44,217 bases of DNA from an uncultured bacterium (lineage in GTDB: Bacteria; UBP14; UBA6098): contig CAYNTG010000001.1 of the NCBI GenBank assembly GCA_964400105.1, positions 18,885 to 63,101 of the forward strand, written 5' to 3'. The translations under genes were made by a program, and so were the position numbers. This document shows, in pieces, positions 18,770 through 30,000 of this stretch (position 1 is the first letter of the stretch; the number at the start of each line of letters is the position of its first letter). Below the pieces are notes generated by a model that ran no database searches, was not told where the DNA came from, and was given only the letters and a program-made list of their open reading frames with translations.

Positions 18770-21700
18770 TTACCTCGCAAGCACCGCCGTTCCGCCACAG
18801 TGCGTTTTTCTATCGGAAACACGACTGACGGAGAACATATACAGCCCGGACGGCATCGGCCTTCCGAAATCGTCGCAACCGTCCCAATCCCATTTGCCAT
18901 CGACATGCACCTCCCGAACCGGTCGCCCGTCGGCGGTCCATATCTTTATTATCGCCGTTTCGGAAAGCCCGGTAAAGATCGTTACCGCGTCGTAAAAGCC
19001 GTCGCCGTTGGGCGAGAATGGCCTCGGAACGGCCACGCAGCCTTCATCGGTTATAGTAAAACTAAACGTATAAGCATCTTCCATGATATTCGCAAAACCG
19101 TAATCGCCCGGATAGTCCCTCACCGAGCGAAGAACGACGGTCATCGAATCGGGCGAGCCGGGTCGAATCCCGATGGTTTCGAGATCGATATATATCCCCG
19201 CGCTGTCGGCATCGAATCCAATATCGCCGCTCGAATATGCCACTCCGTCGATCATAAGCTCGAACGAACCCGGATCGAAACCGCTTATCGTATCGCGAAC
19301 GAAAATCGATACACGATCGGGCGGACTCTCGAGAACTTCGTTATCCACAGGAATGGTGCCGACGACCTCCGGCGGATCGAAATCGGTGATAAAACCTCCG
19401 AGAACCGCATCCGAAGAATTTCCGAGGGCGTCCTCGCCATAGATCGAGATATCGTATAACCTTCCGCTTGTCCACTCGAAATCGGGATGGAACTCGACGA
19501 TATCGCCATCGAGCGTGAAGCCGGAGGAAGCGCCATATGAAATTCCGCCTATCGAGATAGATGTCGCGTCGAGATTCACGCCGTCGGAATCGGTAATCCT
19601 GATTCGTATCGGCTGGTTTTCGATATGCGTGATCGCGCCGTCGAACGGCTCGATCAGCTCGAAACCCGGACCCTCGCCATCGACATCGAACGACCACATT
19701 CGTGATGTAGAATTCGGTCCGCAGCTCGTTGTTTTGTCGAATGCCTCGACCTCGACGATAACCGCGCCATCGAGACCCAACATCGATGCGTCCATTGCGA
19801 GAGAATCGCCGAGAAGCTGCAAATACGGGCTATCGAGATAATATTCCAATCCGTTGATGGTCATCGAGATAAGATCGAGATCGACACCGGCAAAATCGTC
19901 CGCGACGCGCGCGGAGATAACGAGGCCCTCGCTCTGGACATTGCCGCCGTTCGCAGGATAAATCTCCTCTATTGTCGGCGGCTCGAAATCGAGCGTCGCC
20001 CCGAAACGCGATTGTTCAAAGTTGTTGCCGAGTGTGTCCCGAAGACCGGCGATGACGAATTCGTGCCATCCGTCCGACAAACCGCTTTCGGGGAAAGCGG
20101 CATAAAGCGAGTCTCCGCGAAGCTCGATTCCATCGGGATAACCCAGAACGACGGCATCGCAGGAAACGGTCGCATCGTCCGGAACCACCCCGAACTCGCT
20201 GCTTATCACGGCGAAAACCTCGATGGGATCGCACGCCACGAACGCCTCGGCTTCGGGATATACGCACTCGATCGAGGGCATGGCAGCATCGAATGTCAGA
20301 TTCGATAAAAGCTCACCTTCGTTCGGGCATCCGAATGCGAGGTCGGCGACATGAAGGCTAATTTCGATGTCCGAATCCCACGGCTCCGCCATCTCCGGAT
20401 TGAAAACGAGATTCGATCCATCCAAATCGAGGGCCGAATGCGAGAGATCATAAAATGCTCCATCGATCTCGACAACGATCGATGCCGGATCTATCCCGGA
20501 AGGTTCGTCCTCGATCCGCCATAATACTTTTTGAAGCGGGCCTCGTAAAACAGATTCCGGTGAAACAAGCTCGACCGCCGGCGGCTCGAAATCGAAGGTA
20601 AAGGCTCCGCCGACCGGCGTGTCGATATGGTTTCCGGCGCTATCCGCAACATCCATTAACATTATATTACATACTGCGCCGTGGGAGAAGTATCCGCTGT
20701 CGGGCGCAAATGTCAGGGTGCAAGAATCGAATGTAAGCTCCGCATCCGTCAGATCGATCGTTTCACTGCAGACGTTAAGCTCGACGGTCAAAGGGTCGAT
20801 CCCCTGCTCGTCGAATATATAGAACTCGAAACGCTGATCGGTGCAGCCGAGAATTGCGTCCTGCGGCGGTGAAAGAAGTTCTACTGTCGGTGGCGACCGA
20901 TCGATGTTATATGTCAAGCACTCGAAAGCGATGTTCGCGCCGCAACCTATCGAATTATCGACGGCATAGACACATACGCGAATGGTATCCAAAGTGAACG
21001 GATGGAGATCGTCCGTGGGCGCGGAAATCCGCGAACCGTCATATTCGAGACCCGTCGATTCGAGAATTCTATAACTGTTAAAACTTATGAAAGATGCGGC
21101 GATATCCAACCCGGAGGCATCGTCGAGGACGGCGAACGAGAATTTCTCCGGAAGCCCGGCAAGTTCCATCGAGCTATCCGGAATAGGGTCTTCGATTATC
21201 GGTGGTTCATTGTCCCAATAATATACAAGCGATATTGGATCTGTGATAGCGTTGTAAAATATATCCATCACATTCTCGACCGAAATCGCTACGGAATCTC
21301 CTGCGAAAACCGTGCGTGGAAGATCGAAGAAGAACGAATCGCCCTCGAATCGCGCATAATCCGAGCCGAGTTCGACATCGATACCATTGACGGATATATT
21401 CATAGAATCCGTATTTATTCCATCTTCATCGTGAATAGAAAAACAAATCGACAGCGTCTCGCACGAGATGAAAGAATATTCCGGCACGTCCGGCGGAGAT
21501 TGAATCGGTGGAGCGCATGGGACATCGATGTCCCACGAAAAACCGGACAGCACGTTCGCGCCGCAGAGCACGGCCAAATCGGCTATATCGACCTCGACGG
21601 AGATCGGATTACACCCGATCAGGCTTAATCCGATGTCGCCCGGATAGATAATGACCGTATCGGCCGAGATAGTGAGATCGGGCGATGTTGCCGAAAGAAG

Positions 21701-24007
21701 ACGACTGCCCTCCGGCCCCTCGACCGTGATATCGAGTGTCGAAATATCCACTCCGGCGCCGATATCGGATATGACAAAGGATATCGACCGATCGATACTT
21801 GAAAATTCGCCGCCGCCTGGAGAGACCGGTTCGATAACGGGTGCCGAGAGATCGATATTAAAAGACCACGAAAGCGGTGTAATTGCGATATGCGTCGATG
21901 TTCCGGCGACGAGAACGACATCTATCGTCGAGCCGTCGGCGAATGAAGCTGGTGGAACAAAAGTCAGGATCGTGTCGTCGAGGGATAATTCGGCACCGAT
22001 GTAGTATTCCACACCTGCGACGGTCAGGATTACGGTCGATGGATCGATTTCGCCGCCCGGATTCACGATCTTCGTTCGAATAATCTGCCTATCGCATGAC
22101 GACCACGCTCCGGGGAACGGCTCGATTATCTGCGCGTATGGCAGTTCGATATCCGTCCAAAAATCGACGCAAATCTGTGGCGAATGGTTCGGCCCGCAGG
22201 GGCCATAAGCCTTGTCGTGAATGCCCGCGAGGCAAATCTCGCAAGGCGAAATCCCTATCGGGATAAGGCCGGTTTCCATCGGTCGAATCGACGCGATTCC
22301 GCCTGCGAATTCGACCGGAAAATCCCAAATCGTGCCGTCGATGATCCAGTAAAGCGAGCTGTCCTCGACCCCGGAGATGTCGTCGAGTTGCACTAAAACC
22401 TCGAAATCCTCGTGAGTGGCCGTGTCGCCAGGCGAGGGGGACAGAACGGTCGAGGTCGGCGGATGCCAATCGAGGAATATATTCCATTCGTAATCGGTGA
22501 CAAGCGGACATCCGTCAAAATCGTGGATATCTCCGAGCGCGATATCGACAACGCCTTCGATAAGCTCGGACGATGGGATGAAACAGCTTAAGAAAGGCTC
22601 CGAATATTCCATCCGTTCGGGATATGGATATGAAAGATGAACGCCATCGACAGTGATCGAGATCGTTGTCGGGTCTATCTCTCCCGGATCGCCAAGTCGA
22701 AACAGGAGCGCCACCGTGTCGCAGGCTATGATCGCCCCGTCGCTTGGAGCCATAAATTCAGCCGTAGCTCCCCTGCCGTCAATCCCCGGAATATCGATAC
22801 ACCAATCGACGGAGAATGTGTCCGTCGCAGATGCCCATGCGGAAACCTCGAAACAGATAGTCGTGTCGTCATCGAACATCGTGTCATCGACGGCGACGGA
22901 CCATGAAACAGCGCCCGTCCCCCCCGGACCGAGCACGTCCGGCATGAGATCGACGACGGCATCGCCGTCTTCGACGCGGAAACCCTCAGGAAGGTCGATC
23001 TTCGCCTCGAGCGCACCGAGTATAACACCGGTTCCGTTCGACACGAGCAGGTTCACCGGAAATGGAACTGGCGATCTGAACGAGCATGATTCTATCGTCA
23101 ATTCATCGGGCGCCGAAAGTGAAAGATTCAGATCGCCCACGACGATCTCGACGCTGCCGAGGCCGTAATATGTGGCCATTCTGCGCGTTTCGCCCGGCAT
23201 GAGCGGATCGGCATCCCATCGCATTAGTATCGCGGAGTCGGAAAATGGGTCGCCTTCGATTATATAATCCCAAACGATGTCGTGAAAATTCCAGAAATCG
23301 CCATAGACGATGCGATCCGGCGGCACCGCGCTTCCTCCGATAATAACACCGGAGCCTATAAGGCTGTCCGGCGGCTGCCACGGCGACGACTCGAAAGCCT
23401 GCCAATATGTCGGTATGCTCGGAGAGATAAACTCCCGCTCGACGGAGAAATAACCGTATTCCGTGGCTATCGGGGCGTAGTCGTTCTCGCCGATCATGGT
23501 ATCGAGAAATAGAAGCAACCCGGCGTCCTTTGTGATGGAAGTTCGGTTCGTAGCGATATATTCGATCAGCACGGTCGAGTGCTCGCCGAGGATTGTCGGC
23601 GTCAGCCTTTGCTCGAATTCGATGCCGTCGATCTCGTATCGTGAAACAACCGCATCGCCAACCATAAATGGGTGCGTCAACACCCTCGCGGCATCTGGAT
23701 GCAATCCGCCATCGTCGGTATATGTTCCGGCGACGGAATCGTTCACGAAGAAGTGGGTGTGCGACGTCCCACCCTCGTGTGGGAAGCCGAACAAAAGCGA
23801 TTTTCCCTCGATCGTGCCTATCGTGAACCTACCATCGATGTCGTTAATAGCAACTCGAAGCTCCCCGGATGATATAACCCGGCGGCTTCCACCGGAACCC
23901 GTTGGAAGCATCCTTAACTTCGCCTCGACGGAATCGGTTTGACCCGTTGCCGTAAGGACGAAAAGGAAAAGGAGCGAGGTCGCCAACATTTTTGTGGCGC
24001 TTCTCAT
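18770..24007 (-). CDS. Large secreted repeat protein (~1745 aa) with gliding-motility-type (type B) CTD
   Basis: ATG at 24007 after GGAGG; signal peptide; 12 Ig-like ~110-aa modules bounded by DxxPP/GP; CTD PRPFSPNGDG.YD...WDG.D..G..MPSGLY...GTAVLAR. Confidence 0.85.
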   Translation of the reverse strand: MRSATKMLATSLLFLFVLTATGQTDSVEAKLRMLPTGSGGSRRVISSGELRVAINDIDGRFTIGTIEGKSLLFGFPHEGGTSHTHFFVNDSVAGTYTDDGGLHPDAARVLTHPFMVGDAVVSRYEIDGIEFEQRLTPTILGEHSTVLIEYIATNRTSITKDAGLLLFLDTMIGENDYAPIATEYGYFSVEREFISPSIPTYWQAFESSPWQPPDSLIGSGVIIGGSAVPPDRIVYGDFWNFHDIVWDYIIEGDPFSDSAILMRWDADPLMPGETRRMATYYGLGSVEIVVGDLNLSLSAPDELTIESCSFRSPVPFPVNLLVSNGTGVILGALEAKIDLPEGFRVEDGDAVVDLMPDVLGPGGTGAVSWSVAVDDTMFDDDTTICFEVSAWASATDTFSVDWCIDIPGIDGRGATAEFMAPSDGAIIACDTVALLFRLGDPGEIDPTTISITVDGVHLSYPYPERMEYSEPFLSCFIPSSELIEGVVDIALGDIHDFDGCPLVTDYEWNIFLDWHPPTSTVLSPSPGDTATHEDFEVLVQLDDISGVEDSSLYWIIDGTIWDFPVEFAGGIASIRPMETGLIPIGISPCEICLAGIHDKAYGPCGPNHSPQICVDFWTDIELPYAQIIEPFPGAWSSCDRQIIRTKIVNPGGEIDPSTVILTVAGVEYYIGAELSLDDTILTFVPPASFADGSTIDVVLVAGTSTHIAITPLSWSFNIDLSAPVIEPVSPGGGEFSSIDRSISFVISDIGAGVDISTLDITVEGPEGSRLLSATSPDLTISADTVIIYPGDIGLSLIGCNPISVEVDIADLAVLCGANVLSGFSWDIDVPCAPPIQSPPDVPEYSFISCETLSICFSIHDEDGINTDSMNISVNGIDVELGSDYARFEGDSFFFDLPRTVFAGDSVAISVENVMDIFYNAITDPISLVYYWDNEPPIIEDPIPDSSMELAGLPEKFSFAVLDDASGLDIAASFISFNSYRILESTGLEYDGSRISAPTDDLHPFTLDTIRVCVYAVDNSIGCGANIAFECLTYNIDRSPPTVELLSPPQDAILGCTDQRFEFYIFDEQGIDPLTVELNVCSETIDLTDAELTFDSCTLTFAPDSGYFSHGAVCNIMLMDVADSAGNHIDTPVGGAFTFDFEPPAVELVSPESVLRGPLQKVLWRIEDEPSGIDPASIVVEIDGAFYDLSHSALDLDGSNLVFNPEMAEPWDSDIEISLHVADLAFGCPNEGELLSNLTFDAAMPSIECVYPEAEAFVACDPIEVFAVISSEFGVVPDDATVSCDAVVLGYPDGIELRGDSLYAAFPESGLSDGWHEFVIAGLRDTLGNNFEQSRFGATLDFEPPTIEEIYPANGGNVQSEGLVISARVADDFAGVDLDLISMTINGLEYYLDSPYLQLLGDSLAMDASMLGLDGAVIVEVEAFDKTTSCGPNSTSRMWSFDVDGEGPGFELIEPFDGAITHIENQPIRIRITDSDGVNLDATSISIGGISYGASSGFTLDGDIVEFHPDFEWTSGRLYDISIYGEDALGNSSDAVLGGFITDFDPPEVVGTIPVDNEVLESPPDRVSIFVRDTISGFDPGSFELMIDGVAYSSGDIGFDADSAGIYIDLETIGIRPGSPDSMTVVLRSVRDYPGDYGFANIMEDAYTFSFTITDEGCVAVPRPFSPNGDGFYDAVTIFTGLSETAIIKIWTADGRPVREVHVDGKWDWDGCDDFGRPMPSGLYMFSVSRVSDRKTHCGGTAVLAR

Positions 24008-24016
24008 AATACACCT

Positions 24017-24038
24017 CCGATTTGCCGACGCAAATCGG
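24017..24038. other. Intergenic hairpin overlapping the RBS of the 18770-24007 gene
   Basis: CCGATTTGC-CGAC-GCAAATCGG, perfect 9-bp stem, no T tail. Confidence 0.55.
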
Positions 24039-24057
24039 TCGTTTGACGGTTCCCCAA

Positions 24058-27000
24058 CTACCGTGCTAAAACGACCGTGCCGGAACAGAGAACCTCGCCT
24101 CCTTGCTCTATCACATATATATAGACCCCTGGACGAACCGGGACTCCATTGAAGTCGTATCCGTCCCAAACAAATTTATGCGCGTCGCGACCAAATATCT
24201 CAGCCATCTGGCGGCCCTGCATATCGTAAATTTTTACCACGCCGTCGATGTCGATGCGACCCGGATAATCGAATATCACCTCGTCGTTATAGCCGTCCGC
24301 CGGCGGCGGCGGTGTGAACGGCTGCGGGCTTGCATGACACCTCGTAACGGGCTTGATATATTTAACACACATATAGTAATCGTCGAGAGAATTTTCTTCG
24401 CAGATTCCGGCCATATCCTGCGTATGCGCGATGCTGAAGAAGAGCGAATCGTCGCGTCCGATAGAGAGGCCTGCGGCATATCTCAAGTCGAGAATCAGGG
24501 TTCCGCTTCCCGCGTCGTATCTGAGCGCCGGTTCGCTGACGATATCGTAAAGATGAACCTGTGTCGCACCTCCGACGATCTGATTTACCTGAAGGATAAT
24601 CTCGTCCGGATCGACTCCGGCATCCACGTCGTCCAGATGAAAAACCACCGAATCGAACTCGGCGACATCGACGTTGGTGTCGATCTCGGCGATACACCAT
24701 GCGACCGGCGGGAAGAAGTCCATATAGAACTCCCAGCAATAATCCGTCGCCTCGTTGCCCCACCTGTCTATGACTCCGCGAACGCACGCCTCGACCGTCT
24801 CGCCATGGCTCCAGCAATCGGCTGTATCCGGTATATAATAAAGGTAATGGCTCCCGAAATGGTGGCCGGAGAAACCGGGGTTCCATGTAACCTGCGAACT
24901 GGCGGTGGAATATGGTGTGCCGTTCACCTCGAGGACGAGCATATCTGATATAAGCGTATCCTCATCCTGAAACTCGATCTCGATAGACTGTTCGGGGCAA
25001 AGGCAGCTGACATAGCTACTGTCCGGCGCAATACTGACAACGATGACCGGCGGAATGTCGTTATAGACGACGCACCAATGCGTATCGGAAATAGCGGCCT
25101 GCCGGTCGTCCGGGTTATCGAAATCGAAATCGTTGTCGTGCGACCAGACGATATATCCGAAGAACATGCCGGAAACGAGATCCGCCTCCGGAATAGCCCC
25201 CGGCGCGGTCGAAGCCCAGTAAAGGCTGTCGAAATCGGGACCGGAATATTCGACCACGGAATCGATATCCATCGGAATCCAATAGGTGTTCGTCGCGGTG
25301 AAGAATTCGACCATCAATCCCTGGCCGGTAGTGTCCGTCGATGCGTCGTCGAACACGCCGTCGGCGTCGGAAAGCGCGAGCGTGATGAAGAATCCGTCAT
25401 AATCCGCGCGAACGTAACACGAATCCGGGATCACGATCTCCGGGCCGGTCGTGTCGTCGTCGCCTATTGTGAAGCACCAATCGATCGTAGTGTCGTTCGG
25501 CGGGCAGTTGAACGGCTCGCCTATCGTCGTCGAATCGGAGATTATCAGATAAACGCATATCTCGGAGAACTCCGTGAAATCCGCGTCCGTCGAGAATATT
25601 ATCGTGTCGTCCGACCATGAAAGCTCGGTCGCGGGCCAGGGGTAGCTTCCCCACGGCGTGCCGTCCTCGTCGATACGGACACTAACGTTATCGTGATTTA
25701 TCCATGAAATCCCGTCGATGAGATGCGCCATGATATCCGGCGACCAATCTATAGAGATCTCTCCCGACATCGGTGAAATGAAATCCGTTTCCGGAGGCGA
25801 AAGATCGACGACCGCGCATAGATTCAGGCTTCCGAAATAATTATTTCCGAGCGAATCCGGCCATTGGATTATCTCCAGGCAAACCGTATCTCCGTCATCA
25901 TAGGACGAAGGCGGCCACAGAACGACCGTATCCTCGTCGGCCCCATCGGGACGCAGCTCGAAAAGCTCAGGACTGTCGCTCCATTTCACGGTATCGCCGT
26001 CCCACAGCACGATTACTTCGGACGTGTCGATACGCTCCGGGTCTATCGTGTGAATCCAGAACGCGCCGGAATCGCAGAACGTAACCATCGGATCGATAGT
26101 CGTGTCCGGGAAGATAATCGACAAACGCGGGCCGTCGGCGTTTATGTAGAATGTGTAGCATTCGGTGGCCATGACATTCGGGTCGCAGATAACTGTCGAA
26201 TCCGCAAGGCTGTCGAGGCAGAAAATGACCGTATCGCCACCGCCGAACGGTAGCGACGGCGAGACCGACGGATCGAAGAAGACCGTGTCGCCATGCCAAT
26301 AAACATGCGGGTCCGAAACAGGATAGGCGGTTCCATCTATGTAGATAATCGCAGTCGAATAATCGAGAATATAGCTCGTATCGGTAACGTGGAAACGGAT
26401 CAATGGATACGGCGTCGCGACCTCGGATAGATCATCGGGCCAGTAATCCAGGATGTATGGCGCGTCCCAATCGATAACGAACCAGCATGTGTCTTCGAAC
26501 CCGAACGCCGGATTGCCGAGAACGTCGTTCATATTGTCGATGGTAACCCAGATACTACCCGGAGCCTCGGGCGCACCCGGCTCGAAAAGCAGGGTGCTGT
26601 CGTGGTCGATAAGCGTAACCTCCGGCGAATCGATGTTGTAACTATGCACAAGTCCGCGTTCGCCATAGCCGATAATAATGCTGCTTGGATTGACACCCTC
26701 GACGTCGCGTATCGACCATCTAAATTGGAACGCTGTCGTGCATGAGATTCCGAGTCCGCATTCGTCCGGCTGCTCGAGCGTGACGATCGGGCCGTCGCCG
26801 GTATCGACATCGAAGCTCCAGCAGAACGTGTCGAGAAGCGCGGAAAGCATATTATTCGCAAGACATCCCGTGCTGTCGCAGGCCTCGATAAGACATATTT
26901 CGACCGGGCCCGGTTCGAGCGTGTCGCCCGCCAGAACCGCGCTCCAAACGAGCGTGCCGGGCATCGCTATAGTCGATTCGGGAATCCATGTTAAAATGCT

Positions 27001-30000
27001 ATCGTCATAAGTGAATGTATCGCTATTGATTGTGAGAACAAAGCAGTCCGGCCTGACGAAATTCAGGCTGTCCCAAATGGCAAGTCGAACCTCTGGATGG
27101 TGATCGATCACAGTTCCGGTCGGCGAAAGATATTCGACCACCGGCGGTTCGACATCGACGGTCAAATCCCAGCATGACGCGGTCATTGCATATCCGAGGC
27201 CGTCCTCGACACCAGAAATGCATATCTCGACATCGCCGATATCGAAGATTGTCGCAGGGCTGAATACGAGGACATATTCGACCGGGTCCCATGATAATTC
27301 CGGGCCGGGGTATGCAACTGGAACGCCGTTCACGGTGAAGCTCATGCCGGTAACAACCACGCCGTCCATGTCGTCGAAATCGAGAACGATTGTATCCTCA
27401 GGACATACCAACCCCAACGGATATGTGATTTCCGCCTCCGGCCCACCTTGAACGACCTCGAAACACCATGTCGTGTCGAACGTCGTGCAAGCTGGACATG
27501 CCGCAGCGTAGTCGCAGGCCATATCAACATGGATACAGGCCGAATCGCCGGTGGTAAGAATACAATCCAATGGATCGAAGCTGAATATCAGCGTTTCGGG
27601 AATCCCCGCCACCATTCGCCATTCGATGGTATCCGGTGCGGGCGAAGTGGCCGATACAAACGCACATGGGCCGCCGACCACGGAAACGGTAACGGAATTT
27701 GTGTCGATCCCCGCGATGTTGTCGGGGAATACTATATACACCTCCGGCGTGAAGCTGAATGCCTCATCGAACGGATGATCTATTATGAATTCCGGTGGAG
27801 TGTAATCATAGACGAAGTCGAACGAGTTCGGCTCCTGAGCGTTGCCGATCATATCGATAACCTCGATGCCGATCTGGAAGCGGCATCCCTCCGCCAGTAT
27901 CTCCGGCGGAACGAAATAGAGCGTATCCGCATCGGGTCCGTCGCGATAATCGACGATCATCCCGGAATCGGTTATGCCGTAATCGACGCTGTCCATAACA
28001 CATGATCTATACCATAAGGTAAGGCTCGATATGTCTATTCCGTCGATATCGAAAATCTCGAATTCAAGCGTATCCGGCTGTTCGCAACCGATGACCCCGT
28101 TTCCGCTCGGCCAAAGATTGATAATATCGGGGCCTCTTGCCGCAACAGGAAGTCTGCACGTGTCGGACCAGGCGATGCAATTCGGTTCGCAGATATCGGC
28201 CCAATCGCAGACATCGAGCACCGTGAAGATAATCGTGTCGCCGCCGAACCACCACGGGTCGAGTTGAGGAACCAGCGCGGTGTTCAAACCGACGGAATCG
28301 GTCGAGCCGGTGAACATCCATGCCGAAACGGCGTCATCATAGCAAATCGTGTCCCATTCCGTCGTGGTTCCGGGGTGCAAAAATCCGATGCACCATGCGA
28401 GGGTATCGACCCTCCCCCATATGTCGTGGGCGTTGAACCAAATAACCGGAGTGTTATCGCTTATGGAATCGTCAACGCATGAAGGTGTCGTCCAGATCGA
28501 TTCCGGCGGCGTTTGATCGATGATAAATTCATATTCGTAAGGCCCGCTGGAAACGAAATTCATCAGATTATCATAGGCCCAGACAGTAACGCCGATGGTA
28601 TCCTCCGATGAATATGGCACATCCGGGATAACGATTAGCGTTTCCGGGCGATTATGAAGGTTCCCGGACGGCCAGACATAATGGTTCGAGGTTCCAAAAA
28701 CATAGCTGCTGCAGGTAACCTCTATCGACGGCCAGTATATTCCGTCGGAGTCGGACAGGGCTATGACCATCGAATCGACCGTCGGGCATGCCGATATCCA
28801 TCCGTCCTCCGGCATGGCCGCATGCGGGATCGGCCCGTTAGAAGCGAGCCAGAATGTCCAGCAAGTCTGGCAATGGTTGAGGTCGCAACCCACAAGGGTA
28901 TCCGTGTCGTCGGTGTTTCGGATGCAGATATCGACCGTATCGCCACCGGAAACCCATAAAGATGCATCCAATAGGCCGACATTGAAGAAGGCCGTATCCG
29001 CGACCCAATAGACGGCGCCGGAGGTATCCGAGACCCAAATCCAGCTCGATCCGCCATCGAGTGAAAACGCGAGACTATCGCCGAGAACCGGAGCAAAATC
29101 ACGCGGGACATAGGACCAAATAAGCGGCGTCCGCGTGAATATCTCCAAGCTATCGGTGGGATAGAAATCATCAGGGCATGGATTCGTTGTATCCACGACA
29201 ACACACCAATTATCCACGCCCTCGTTCAATATACCGAACATATCTTGAATTCGATTGAACTCGACGCAAACCGTCTCGCCGACGGCTGCGAATGTGGATA
29301 GGTCGATATTTAAGGTTACCAGGAATTCGTCCGGTTCCAGAATCCACGAGGTGTCTATTACACCGGGCAAATCTCCCCAATCGATAACGGAATCGGGTGC
29401 GCCCGGCGAATGAATAACGAACCGGATCGTATTGGCATTTAGACCGTCGTCGTCATAGACCCTATATGTAAAGCCATTCGGCGGATCGAAACAACTGAGA
29501 TACATCTTCAGCGGCTGCCTTCGGCTGATCATAGGACCGCCGGCACTGACTCGAATACACCACTCATCAAAACCCATCATCCCCTCTGCGAATGCCGGTG
29601 AACAACCACCCAAACCCATATAATCGAGGGAATCCTCCAGATGGGAAATTCGGATACATATCGTATCGCTGTCCACTATCCAGTCCAGGCTCGGGATCGG
29701 AAGGTTCCATGTGTCGGCATCCCAAATAACCCTCGAATCGGAACCTTTTATTGTATCGATATCTCCCGAAGGCCTCGTGAAAAGTTCGAGCAGTGTATTC
29801 GAATGGCTGAACCAACCCGCGCATCCGGGTTCCACAACGAAGGTGATAGTATCGAAAGGCGAAACCGGCGGGATCGGTAATGTCGGAGTGGGACTCCAGG
29901 TCAGAGGATCGCTGAATGGTGGAATAGTATCGAGCATGAACGACCACGAACTGTCCAGCGTAATATTGCCGAGAAGGTCGTTCGCCTGAACAAGCTTGAC

